From Gemmatales bacterium (GTDB lineage Bacteria; Planctomycetota; Planctomycetia; Gemmatales; HRBIN36): a stretch of DNA of 64,000 nt. The notes under the pieces were generated by a model that was not told the origin of the DNA, did not search any database, and saw only the letters and a program-made list of their open reading frames with translations. Both the position numbers and the translations under genes were made by a program. Shown in pieces: positions 29,780-39,187 of this stretch (position 1 is the first letter of the stretch; each line of letters begins with the position of its first letter). Location: contig JBEPZY010000001.1 in the NCBI GenBank assembly GCA_041640595.1, forward strand, positions 928,001 through 992,000, read 5' to 3'.

Positions 29780-31438
29780 ATGCGACTTAGTGGCCGCTGG
29801 TGCATGATAATCTTTAGCACTATCAGCCTCCTAACAACCGGTGTGCTAACGGCTGAGGAAACATCCTACCGTGCTCAACACCCTGATGGTGACCCGGCAC
29901 AGCCCCTGCCTCGAGCAACTTTAGGAATTCCGCGAAAAGCTAATCCGTCTAATTCTGAGACAGATAGGAGTCCTCCCGCTGTCCTGGGTGTTCCTCGACG
30001 CAGTTCTACCAGGTCCTCTAACAGCGATACCAGTACACTGCGTGGAAGTGTGCAGGAAAGCGATAACGTGCAACCGGCCACGTTTTGGCCTTATGCCTCA
30101 CATCCCTGGCCTCATCATCCGGTTACAGCGATACCGACGCTCTCTGTACCGGCACCAGCAATGTGCCAACCGGTTCCAGACATCTGTGCGTCGAGCACTT
30201 GCAGTGAACCGAGCAATATCTGTTTACCGAGTACCTTGATTTGTGATCCATGCTCGCCTGTCTGTCCTCCTAATTGTACGGCCCCTGAAAGTTTTGGCGT
30301 TGGCTGGACCTGGGGATGGGCTAATTGCCCACCTGCTGATTATCGCGGCGCTCCCTATGTCCTTTATTCGGACTTAGAATATCTGGCCTGGTGGGTGAAA
30401 TCCATGCCGGTACCCGCGCTGATTACCACGGGCAATACCCAGGATTTAGGTATCTTAGGGCGGCCGAGTACTCAAGTTTTATTAGGCGATAGCCTGGATC
30501 ACGATGCTTTTTCTGGAGGCAGGTTTACATTAGGATGGTGGTTTGATCCGTGCAGAGTCTGGGCACTGGAAAGCACTTTCTTCTTCCTTGGCGAGGAAAC
30601 GCGCCATGATTTATTCAGTTCCGGCGGCATTCCGATTCTGGCTCGGCCGTTCTTCAATGCTCAAACCGGCCAGGAAGATTCTGAGTTAATTGCTAATCCG
30701 GCTTTGCCAGGGCTAATCCCCTTGTCCGGGCAGGCGGACGTTTCCTTTCGCACTCGCCTGATCGGGTTTGAACTCAATCTGGCACGAAGCTGGCTCTATG
30801 GTGTCAATCCTGAATGGCATAAACAATATAACCTTGATTTTCTGTTTGGCTATCGTTATTTGCAATTGCGGGAGAATCTAAGTATCCATGAGGACTTACT
30901 AGTTCCAGAAGATAGCGGCAATGTCCCCGCAGGTACGAGATTTTTGATTGACGATATGTTCGCAGCACGCAATTCGTTCAACGGCGGTCAGATCGGAATC
31001 CGAGGCGAATTACGATGGGGAGGATGGTTTATTGATGGCCGAGCTAAAGTGGCCTTCGGTAACACGACCCAGACAGTTTTCATAGATGGTCAAACGACCA
31101 TTACGACCCCAGGAGTTGGTACCGTGACCGGTCCGGGTGGGTTACTGGCCTTGCCGACCAATATGGGCCGCTACCACCGCGACACTTTCAGTGTAGTGCC
31201 GGAATTCGGTGTTAATTTTGGCTACTATATCACACCCTATATCAAGGTTTATGTTGGCTATACATTTCTGGGCTGGACGAACGTGGTACGGCCAGGTAAC
31301 GTTATAGATCGTCAGGTCAACCCATCGCAACTGCCGCCCGGCGGTGTGCTGGTTGGCCCAGCTCGACCAGCGTTCCGATTCCGCGACGGTGATTTCTGGG
31401 CACAAGGAATCAACGTTGGCATCGAAATGCGCTATTAG
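29780..31438 (+). CDS. BBP7-family outer membrane beta-barrel protein
   Basis: EYLAWW...P.LITTG, GGRFTLGWWFD, ILARPFFN, NSFNGGQIG, GGLLALPTN, VVRPGNVIDRQVN; C-terminal DFWAQGINVGIEMRY beta-signal. Confidence 0.85.
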   Translation: MRLSGRWCMIIFSTISLLTTGVLTAEETSYRAQHPDGDPAQPLPRATLGIPRKANPSNSETDRSPPAVLGVPRRSSTRSSNSDTSTLRGSVQESDNVQPATFWPYASHPWPHHPVTAIPTLSVPAPAMCQPVPDICASSTCSEPSNICLPSTLICDPCSPVCPPNCTAPESFGVGWTWGWANCPPADYRGAPYVLYSDLEYLAWWVKSMPVPALITTGNTQDLGILGRPSTQVLLGDSLDHDAFSGGRFTLGWWFDPCRVWALESTFFFLGEETRHDLFSSGGIPILARPFFNAQTGQEDSELIANPALPGLIPLSGQADVSFRTRLIGFELNLARSWLYGVNPEWHKQYNLDFLFGYRYLQLRENLSIHEDLLVPEDSGNVPAGTRFLIDDMFAARNSFNGGQIGIRGELRWGGWFIDGRAKVAFGNTTQTVFIDGQTTITTPGVGTVTGPGGLLALPTNMGRYHRDTFSVVPEFGVNFGYYITPYIKVYVGYTFLGWTNVVRPGNVIDRQVNPSQLPPGGVLVGPARPAFRFRDGDFWAQGINVGIEMRY

Positions 31439-31952
31439 TGGATAGGCCCCAGGAGTATGGTGAGGTGCTGGCTTAGGTGTCATGCTTCCTGCCAAGGTAA
31501 TTCTCGAAACTCCGAGGGCAAACCATTGTAAATACGCGGATCGGACTGCGCTTGAACCAGGCATTCCACCTTTTGCTAAGACAGTTGCCCATGAGCTGGA
31601 TAAGGCAGGGGTTAAGTAACTATTAACGGTGGCGGCAATGTAAAGGGCCAGTGGGTCTTATAGCAGTTCGGGGACGCTGCTCACTAATCGTGTACGTTCT
31701 TGTTCCTAGTAGCTAACCAGGCCAGTATCTCCTGGACGGTTATTTTGTCGGCAGGCAGGGATTGCGGACGTTAGAAATGCCCTTATTTTTCAAAGGTCTT
31801 TCCAGGCACGAGTTGCAGGAGATCCCGTTCGGCCTGGCGAGCCTGTTCGGACGCGCTACCGCGGGCCAGTGTTTCTCCAGGTGAGAGTGGTTGGAGTTCA
31901 CGTTCGGGCCGGCAAAATGCGTGAAAAGTTCGCTAGCTTAGCTGGGTTGCCC

Positions 31953-31980
31953 TTGACAGCGACGGGTCAGGGGCTATGCA
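31953..31980 (+). promoter_or_regulatory. Candidate sigma-70 promoter for lptD
   Basis: TTGACA-N16-TATGCA, about 80 nt upstream of the start. Confidence 0.4.
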
Positions 31981-32059
31981 ACGGCCCAGGTCAAGGATGA
32001 ATTAGCGGCTATCACGGCGCCAGTGCGTAGCCGGGCCGGGAACGCGACGAGGAGGGGCA

Positions 32060-35000
32060 TTGGGTCCGCGGGGAATCTGGGTAATCGCACTGTGGGCCGG
32101 CGTAGGCAGTTTCGCCTGGCTGCTGCTCGCGCAGGAATCTGTACCCATGCGCGTCAGTACAGCTGGCGAAGATATTACGCTGCCGATCCGCCTGAGTGCC
32201 GATCAGATCATCGGCTGGAGCGATGGCAACCTGGACATCCTTCTGGCCCGCGGTAACGTTTTGCTGGAGCAAGGTTTGCTGCGTTTACGGATGCGGGAAG
32301 CCGTAGTTTGGATGAATGGTTCGCAGGCACGTCGTGGTCAACCGCTGCGGCTGTGGGGATACGGCGAAGAAGTTCGTCTGGGCGAGGGAGCTAACGCCCA
32401 GACCGCGAAAACCGTGCTTTTTGACCTGCAAACCCGCGCTGAGTTCCGGTTGCAGAATCAGCAAATGGAAAAGCGTTCGGCGGCAACGGATACCCTGTAC
32501 CGCCGAGCCTTAGCTGCCTGGCAAACGCCGCCTGTGCCGGAAACACCACCCATTCAGCCACCTAATTTCGCTCTACCCGCCAAACCTGCCCAACCAGAGC
32601 CACCAGCGAAACCGGAAGTGCCTCCAGCGGAGAAACCTGCGGCCAGTCCACCGCAAAAGCCTTCAACGCCGGGCCCATCCAGTCCGGGGACTCTCCTGCC
32701 ACGTTCAGGTGCGAACCGGCTGCGGAGCATTCGCATCGCTCCTCGGGGAACCAGCCCGTTTTCCCACGAAACGTTTCCCAGCGGCGCATCCGAATACGCT
32801 ACTGTGGTCCTAGGCGGAGTGGTAATCTACGTAGAAGATGCCGAAGGAACCCTGGACATTAGCACCGACCGCGCGGTGATCTGGAGCCGAAACGTCGGCG
32901 GCGAGCGCTTGCTCTCCGACTTGCAAATCGGCCGAACCACGGATGAACGTTACGAAGTTTATCTGGAAGGCCACGTGGAAATTCGCCATACTCCCGCTCG
33001 CGGACCGCTGGTGGGCAAAACCCGGCTTTTGCAAGCGGAACAGGCTTATTTTGACTTTCAGCGCAATGTTGCGGTCTTGCGCCAGGCCCAGTTGGTGATC
33101 CCCGAACCGCGTCTGCCTTTACCGGTGTACCTGCGGGCCACGGAAATTCGTCAGGTAAGTGCTGATTTGTTTGAGGCGGATGATGCGAAAGTTTCCGCCA
33201 GCCGACTGCCCTCCGATCCCGGAGTCGAAGCACGAGCTAGGCTGGCCACACTGCAACTGCGAGAGGTCCCGGAACGTGGTTTATTTGGACGGGTTGAAAT
33301 CGATCCCCAAACCGGTCAGGTGCGAACCGAGACGCAACTTTTCGGCACTGCCGATGACTTTTCGCTCTGGCTGGAAGGTGTGCCGTTCTTCTACTGGCCC
33401 CACGTGGAAGGCGACCTCCGTGATCCCCTGGGGCCTCTTGACCGTATTCGCGTTCGAGCCGACCGGGTCTTTGGTTTCGGCTTGATGCTGGATTGGGACA
33501 TTTTCGAACTTCTGGGCGGAGAGCGACCTAAGAACACTCGCTGGGATCTGGAAACCGACTATCTGTCGGAACGGGGTCCCGCTCTGGGAACCACCCTGGC
33601 CAGCCGAGGCGAAAACCTCTTCGGCATCCCGGGCAAGTACGAAACTGAAATGCGGGTCTGGCACATCTACGATTCCGGTACGGATCGACTCGGAGGTATC
33701 CGGACTTTCGCCCCACCCACTCCCTGGCGGGGACGGGATACGTTTCGCCATCGCCAGGAACTGGGAGAGGACTGGACCTTTCTGGGCCAATTTTCCTGGC
33801 TCAGCGACCGCAATTTTCTGGAACAGTTCTTCAAGCGTGAATTTGACGAAGGCATCAACCAGGAGACCTTCGCTTATCTGAAGTGGCAGCGTGATGACTT
33901 GGCGGCCAGTTTGCTGGTTCAACCTCACTTACGCGGCTGGGTAAACGAGACAGCGTGGCTACCCCGTGGTGATTTTTACATCCTGGGCCAGGACTTTTTC
34001 CAAACCTTGACCTGGTTTTCTCGAGCCAGTGCAGGCTACGCCATTTTTTCGCCCAGCGACGATATTCCAGTCGGTTATCCGGTGATACCGATTCCTGGAG
34101 AATTTCTGCGTTTCCGGCCACTCCCACCTTCGCCCGACTTTCCGCATAGCGGTCGCCGCGAACTGGCCCGACTGGATTGGTGGAATGAGTTGGATTGGCC
34201 TTTCCAGCTGGGTGCGGTGAAAGTTGTGCCCTACGGGCTGCTCAATACAACCTGGTATGAAGAAACCATGACGGACCCTGATGGCACTGCTCGCTTTTAC
34301 GCCGGAGGCGGAGTGCGGGCGAGTTTACCGTTGTGCCGCATTTATCCCGAAGCCAGCAGCTTGCTGTTCAATGTCAACGGAATTGCCCATAAACTGCTTT
34401 TCTGGACAGATTATCGCTACGTGCGTTCAGACCGCAATTTTCGTGAGTTGATTCTGCTCGATCGCCTGGACGACGACGCCACCGACCAGGCGCGCCGCGA
34501 CTTGCGAACTTACTTCCTCACCTTCTTTCCGCCGGGTTCTCGAGAATTTTTCCTGGCGAGTTCTCCGTTTTTCGATCCGCAACTGTACGCGCTTCGCCGG
34601 GGCTACGAGTATAGCCCGGAGACGCTGGATGACGTGCAGTTTCTGCGATTCGGTGTGGATCAACGCTGGCAGACCAAACGTGGTTTTCCCGGCCAGCAAC
34701 ACATCGTAGATTGGATGAGCCTGAACGTGCGAGCCACTTACTTTCCCGATGCCAGCCGCGACAATTTCGGCCACAGCTTTGCTTTCCTCGAATATGACTA
34801 CACCTGGCACGTCGGGGATCGCACTACGCTGGTAAGTAATGCCTGGGTGGAGCCTTACGGAGATGGAGCGCGGATGTTCAGCATCGGCCTGTTTCTCGAC
34901 CGCGGTGAGCACATGTCGTTTTATCTCGGTTACCGCTTGCTTGATCCCATCGGCAGCGACGCCGTCATCGGGAGTGCTACTTACCAACTCAGCCCGAAAT

Positions 35001-35206
35001 GGAGCGTTACTTTCTCCAGCACGTATGATTTCGGAATCAGTCAAAACCTCGGCCAATCGTTTATCATTACCCGCACGGGCACCGACTTGAGAGTGAGTCT
35101 CGGGCTGACGTATAACCCGCTGACCAACAATTTCGGAGTCGCGTTTACGATTCTGCCCACCCTGGCCCCGCCGAAGTTGCATCACGTTAATCTGAGCGGA
35201 TTATAG
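32060..35206 (+). CDS. lptD: LPS-assembly protein LptD/OstA-like outer membrane protein (planctomycete type)
   Basis: N-terminal OstA-like beta-jellyroll segments (EVYLEGHVEI), GVPFFYWP, DYLSERGPALG, SDRNFLEQFF, QRWQTKRG, long amphipathic barrel. GAGGAGG SD before TTG. Confidence 0.75.
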   Translation: MGPRGIWVIALWAGVGSFAWLLLAQESVPMRVSTAGEDITLPIRLSADQIIGWSDGNLDILLARGNVLLEQGLLRLRMREAVVWMNGSQARRGQPLRLWGYGEEVRLGEGANAQTAKTVLFDLQTRAEFRLQNQQMEKRSAATDTLYRRALAAWQTPPVPETPPIQPPNFALPAKPAQPEPPAKPEVPPAEKPAASPPQKPSTPGPSSPGTLLPRSGANRLRSIRIAPRGTSPFSHETFPSGASEYATVVLGGVVIYVEDAEGTLDISTDRAVIWSRNVGGERLLSDLQIGRTTDERYEVYLEGHVEIRHTPARGPLVGKTRLLQAEQAYFDFQRNVAVLRQAQLVIPEPRLPLPVYLRATEIRQVSADLFEADDAKVSASRLPSDPGVEARARLATLQLREVPERGLFGRVEIDPQTGQVRTETQLFGTADDFSLWLEGVPFFYWPHVEGDLRDPLGPLDRIRVRADRVFGFGLMLDWDIFELLGGERPKNTRWDLETDYLSERGPALGTTLASRGENLFGIPGKYETEMRVWHIYDSGTDRLGGIRTFAPPTPWRGRDTFRHRQELGEDWTFLGQFSWLSDRNFLEQFFKREFDEGINQETFAYLKWQRDDLAASLLVQPHLRGWVNETAWLPRGDFYILGQDFFQTLTWFSRASAGYAIFSPSDDIPVGYPVIPIPGEFLRFRPLPPSPDFPHSGRRELARLDWWNELDWPFQLGAVKVVPYGLLNTTWYEETMTDPDGTARFYAGGGVRASLPLCRIYPEASSLLFNVNGIAHKLLFWTDYRYVRSDRNFRELILLDRLDDDATDQARRDLRTYFLTFFPPGSREFFLASSPFFDPQLYALRRGYEYSPETLDDVQFLRFGVDQRWQTKRGFPGQQHIVDWMSLNVRATYFPDASRDNFGHSFAFLEYDYTWHVGDRTTLVSNAWVEPYGDGARMFSIGLFLDRGEHMSFYLGYRLLDPIGSDAVIGSATYQLSPKWSVTFSSTYDFGISQNLGQSFIITRTGTDLRVSLGLTYNPLTNNFGVAFTILPTLAPPKLHHVNLSGL

Positions 35207-35333
35207 CAAACAGGCCATCAAAACGGCTCCTGAAGGGGGAAGGCCACTGACAGACTTCTGCTACGGGGCTTGGCCAGCGGTGTCCGGTTATTACAATAAT
35301 TCCCAACGCTTATGATCAAAAAGGAAGCCTGCC

Positions 35334-36101
35334 ATGCTGCGCACGGCGAATTTCTGCTTCTCGCTGAGTCTGAGCTTGAGCCTGCTTTTGACGAGCGGTT
35401 TGACTCAATCACCCTCGGCCCAGGAAACGGCGATTCGGCATGGATTTATCACCGAGGTCTGGACCGCTCCAAACGGCGAAAAGGTCGCTTTTGATCTGTT
35501 CGTTCCCTACAGCTATACGGGGAAGGAGCCGTTTCCGCTGATCCTCTTTTTGCACGGCGCCGGTGAACGCGAGGGTGGCAAACAAAAACCAGTGGACGTT
35601 GGCATCGGCCCTGCTATTCGCAAATACGGGGAGAAGGACTTTCCGTTTTTCGTAGTATTTCCTCGCTGCCGCGCTAACCGCAACTGGATGGCTGAAGGGG
35701 ACGATGCCCAGCGAGCCCTGGCCATTCTCGAATTTGTTCAGAAGAAATACAAAATTGATGAGCAACGAATTTACCTGACCGGGCTGTCGTTAGGAGGTTT
35801 TGGCACGTGGAGTCTGGCGGCCAGGTATCCGGACAAATGGGCGGCCATTGTTCCTATCTGCGGTGGCGGCAATCCCGAGTGGGCGGAGAAAATCAAACAT
35901 ATCCCGGTTTGGTGTTTCCACGGCGACCAGGACAAAGCTGTGCGAGTGGAGCTTTCGCGCAGGATGATCGAGGCACTGAAAGCCGCGGGTGCATCCCCAC
36001 GATACACCGAATATCCAGGTGTGGGCCATAATTGCTGGGACCTGGCCTACAACACCAAGGAACTTTATGCGTGGCTCCTTTCGCAAAAACGGCCACGTTA
36101 G
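35334..36101 (+). CDS. Secreted alpha/beta hydrolase (predicted peptidase/esterase)
   Basis: PLILFLHGAGE, RIYLTGLSLGG (GxSxG), FHGDQD, GHNCW; signal peptide. Confidence 0.88.
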   Translation: MLRTANFCFSLSLSLSLLLTSGLTQSPSAQETAIRHGFITEVWTAPNGEKVAFDLFVPYSYTGKEPFPLILFLHGAGEREGGKQKPVDVGIGPAIRKYGEKDFPFFVVFPRCRANRNWMAEGDDAQRALAILEFVQKKYKIDEQRIYLTGLSLGGFGTWSLAARYPDKWAAIVPICGGGNPEWAEKIKHIPVWCFHGDQDKAVRVELSRRMIEALKAAGASPRYTEYPGVGHNCWDLAYNTKELYAWLLSQKRPR

Positions 36102-36142
36102 CTGACCGGTACGATACCAAAACCGCATCAAGGAGCTTGACC

Positions 36143-37684
36143 ATGCCTCACCTGCATCGGCGCAATTTCCTGAAGGCAGCCAGTGTGGCGACCTTAGCCC
36201 TTACCGCTCGCAGCTACGGTCGAGTTTTGGGCGCTAATGAGCGGATCGGCGTCGCTTTTCTTGGCACCGGCGGTAGGTGCCAGGCCCACATCGAGATTAT
36301 CAACACCCTCAAAAATCAAGGCAAAGGTGTTGAACCGGTCGCCGTCTGTGATGTTTGGGATGGCTTCGAAGGGACTTACGAAACCGTCCGTGATGGCAAA
36401 GTCATCAAGCGAAATTATAGCCAGGGCTTGTATCCATCTGCGAAAAAATGCGGGTTGCGACTCGATGACGCCAAGCACGTTACTAAGGACTATCGCCGAC
36501 TGCTCGATTTGCCGGAGGTAGATGTCGTCTGCATCGCCACTCCCGATCACTGGCACGCCAAAATGACCATAGACGCAGCGGCCGCCGGCAAACACATTTA
36601 CTGCGAAAAGCCGATGACCCGCACTATTGACGAAGCCCATGCGGTAGTGGATGCAGTCAAGAAATACAACCGCGTTATGACGGTGGGCGTGCAATCCATG
36701 GCGGATCCTACTTGGCGGATTGCTTATGAATACATCCGCAACGGCAAAATCGGCCATGTGGCTCAGGGTCAGACCAGCTATTACCGCAATTCCATCGAGG
36801 GGCAGTGGCGGTATTATCCGATCCTGCGGGAAATGAATCCGAAGACGATAGACTGGGACATGTTCCTGGGGCACAAGTTCAGTGTATTCGACGGCGAACC
36901 GATAGGCCCGAATTTGCCGTTTGACCGGGCTCTGTTCGCGCAGTGGCGATGCTACTGGCCGTTTGGCGGCGGTATGTTTACGGACCTGTTTGTCCACCAG
37001 ACGACGCACCTGATAGCAGCCATGGGCGTTCGTTATCCGGCGCGGGTGGTCGGAGCGGGCGGCATCTACCTCGAATACGACGGTCGGGATGTTCCGGACG
37101 TTGCCACGGTGGTGGCCGATTACGAAGAAGGTTGCCAGCTTATTGTCACTGCGACCATGATCAACCGTTATCCAATCGAGGAAACAATACGTGGCCGGCT
37201 CGGCACCATCAAGTTTGTCAAAGGCGGTTTCGAGATTATTCCAGACGAACCGGCAGGAGGTGCCGGTACACCGGCTCGACTGGAAGACCGTATCCGCGGC
37301 GAATTTGTGGATTGCAAACCACCAGAAGGCCGGCACGCAGACACCCAGGCTTTATGGGAAGACTTCTTGCGATGTGTCCGTGAGGGCCGGCGGGATACGC
37401 TCAGCCCACCGGAGCTGGGAGCAGCGGCTTTCACAACGGTCAATATGGGAGTGTTGAGTTACCGCACCGGGAAGGTTTATCGCTGGGACAAAGTGCAACG
37501 CAAACCCGTACCCGATGATGGTAGCTGGGCTGCGCTGTGGGAAAAACGCAGCCACGAACGCGGCAAACCGAACAACATCATCGGCTGGCAAGCAGGCGAT
37601 ACCGGTTGCGTCGTGAAGACGCCGGACTACAATCTCCGCCTGGCCGGGCCCTGGATCAACGGCCGCGACCCAGCTCAACCCTAG
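36143..37684 (+). CDS. Tat-exported Gfo/Idh/MocA family oxidoreductase
   Basis: HRRNFLKAA twin-arginine signal, GANERI, IATPDHWH, YCEKP; AGGAG SD before ATG 36143. Confidence 0.9.
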   Translation: MPHLHRRNFLKAASVATLALTARSYGRVLGANERIGVAFLGTGGRCQAHIEIINTLKNQGKGVEPVAVCDVWDGFEGTYETVRDGKVIKRNYSQGLYPSAKKCGLRLDDAKHVTKDYRRLLDLPEVDVVCIATPDHWHAKMTIDAAAAGKHIYCEKPMTRTIDEAHAVVDAVKKYNRVMTVGVQSMADPTWRIAYEYIRNGKIGHVAQGQTSYYRNSIEGQWRYYPILREMNPKTIDWDMFLGHKFSVFDGEPIGPNLPFDRALFAQWRCYWPFGGGMFTDLFVHQTTHLIAAMGVRYPARVVGAGGIYLEYDGRDVPDVATVVADYEEGCQLIVTATMINRYPIEETIRGRLGTIKFVKGGFEIIPDEPAGGAGTPARLEDRIRGEFVDCKPPEGRHADTQALWEDFLRCVREGRRDTLSPPELGAAAFTTVNMGVLSYRTGKVYRWDKVQRKPVPDDGSWAALWEKRSHERGKPNNIIGWQAGDTGCVVKTPDYNLRLAGPWINGRDPAQP

Positions 37685-37728
37685 CCAGCAGCCCTTTTTC
37701 AGTGCTCTGCCCTGCCAAACATTTTCAC

Positions 37729-37756
37729 TTGACCAGAGTAGGGCAGCGGTTATAGT
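37729..37756 (+). promoter_or_regulatory. Candidate sigma-70 promoter for lptF/G
   Basis: TTGACC-N16-TATAGT. Confidence 0.45.
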
Positions 37757-37873
37757 TGCCGAGCTCAGTAACACCGGCTTTTCCTGGTAGTGCACTGCAA
37801 ATAAGCAGTGCGCTTCCGCTTTTTGTCCGATCGCTATCGAATGGCTTTACGGACTCCGTAAGCGAGGCAGGAA

Positions 37874-39067
37874 GTGCTGCCGTGGCATTTATTGCAACGG
37901 ATGGTGATTGCCGACCTGCTGCGAGTTTTTTTGCTCGGGCTGCTGACGATCACCAGTGTGCTGGTGCTGGTCGGCATCATGCAGGAAGCTGCCCAGCAGG
38001 GACTGGCGCTGGAACAAACATTGCGTTTGGTGCCGTTGCTTATCCCCGGCTTATTGCCCTACACGGTTCCGGCTACGTGTCTATTTACCGTAGCCGTGGT
38101 TTACGGCCGAATGGCCCACGATAACGAGTTGACCGCGGTGAAGGCTGCCGGCATTCCGATTACGCGGCTGGTCGGTCCAGCAGTGGGTCTGGGCCTGGTC
38201 TGCTCAGCGGCGCTTTTTGTTCTCGTGCAGGACCTGATTCCCCGCATGCATCATCGTCTGAAAAGCATGATTATTGAAGATGTCGAGGAATGGTTATACG
38301 CTCGCCTTCGCCGCGATCGGCGAATCAACGAACCCAAACTTGGCTATGCTATCTGGGTGAAAGAAGTACAGGGGCGGCGGTTGATTTCCCCGACTTTCGT
38401 TCGCCGGGATTCCCAGGGACGTGATGAGATTGTTGCCGTGGCACGAGAAGCAGAGCTTCATGTGGACATGAGCGAAGAGTTGCTGCGAGTGCACATGATT
38501 CAGGGTGAGATTGTTCGCGATTACCAGGGGCCGCGGGAAGTGCGACTGGCTTTCGACGAAGAAATCGTACCAGTGCCTCTTCCTCCTGCCACACTCAGGC
38601 GAAACAAACGTCCCCGCGAAATGACCGATTCGCAGATAGTCCAGCGTCTCACCGAACTGCAAGACGAAATTGCCATCATCACCAAGCAGCTAGACGAAAT
38701 GAGTTCCCAGCTGAAAGACGCCGCTACTTCTCCAGGTTTTCGGCAGAAGCAGGAGCATCTTGAGTACCTCAAAAACACCGTCAACGAACTGCGCACCGAA
38801 CTGGCTCAGCGTTCTGCCCTGGCTGGTAGCTGCGTCTTTTTCGTGCTGATAGGCACGGCCGCAGGCATTTGGTTTCACCGCCGTGATTATTTGAGCAATT
38901 TCGTAACGTGTTTTTTACCGATCGTGCTGACTTATTATCCCCTCATGATGTTTGGTATCAACATGGGCAAGAAAGGGCAGCTCGATCCCAGTTACGGACT
39001 GTGGACAGGGAACGCCCTGCTGGGCGTAGTGGGATTGAGCCTGTTGTGGTGGATTCGCCGACGCTAG
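37874..39067 (+). CDS. LptF/LptG family LPS export permease
   Basis: LLPYTVPATCLF, YGRMAHDNELTAVKAAGI; 3+3 TM layout around a periplasmic domain. Confidence 0.9.
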   Translation: MLPWHLLQRMVIADLLRVFLLGLLTITSVLVLVGIMQEAAQQGLALEQTLRLVPLLIPGLLPYTVPATCLFTVAVVYGRMAHDNELTAVKAAGIPITRLVGPAVGLGLVCSAALFVLVQDLIPRMHHRLKSMIIEDVEEWLYARLRRDRRINEPKLGYAIWVKEVQGRRLISPTFVRRDSQGRDEIVAVAREAELHVDMSEELLRVHMIQGEIVRDYQGPREVRLAFDEEIVPVPLPPATLRRNKRPREMTDSQIVQRLTELQDEIAIITKQLDEMSSQLKDAATSPGFRQKQEHLEYLKNTVNELRTELAQRSALAGSCVFFVLIGTAAGIWFHRRDYLSNFVTCFLPIVLTYYPLMMFGINMGKKGQLDPSYGLWTGNALLGVVGLSLLWWIRRR

Positions 39068-39082
39068 GGCACCTGCCCCGTG

Positions 39083-39113
39083 GTTTGGGGACGATATTCT
39101 GTAGTCCCCGAAC
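39083..39113. terminator. Hairpin between convergent genes
   Basis: GTTTGGGGAC / GTCCCCGAAC 10-bp stem (one G-U pair); no clear U-tract. Confidence 0.4.
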
Positions 39114-39187
39114 GCCGGTTGACAAGAGTGTACAGCGGAAACAGGTTGAGCTGCTCGGGCCGGCATGATTCAGTATCAGCAAGGACG

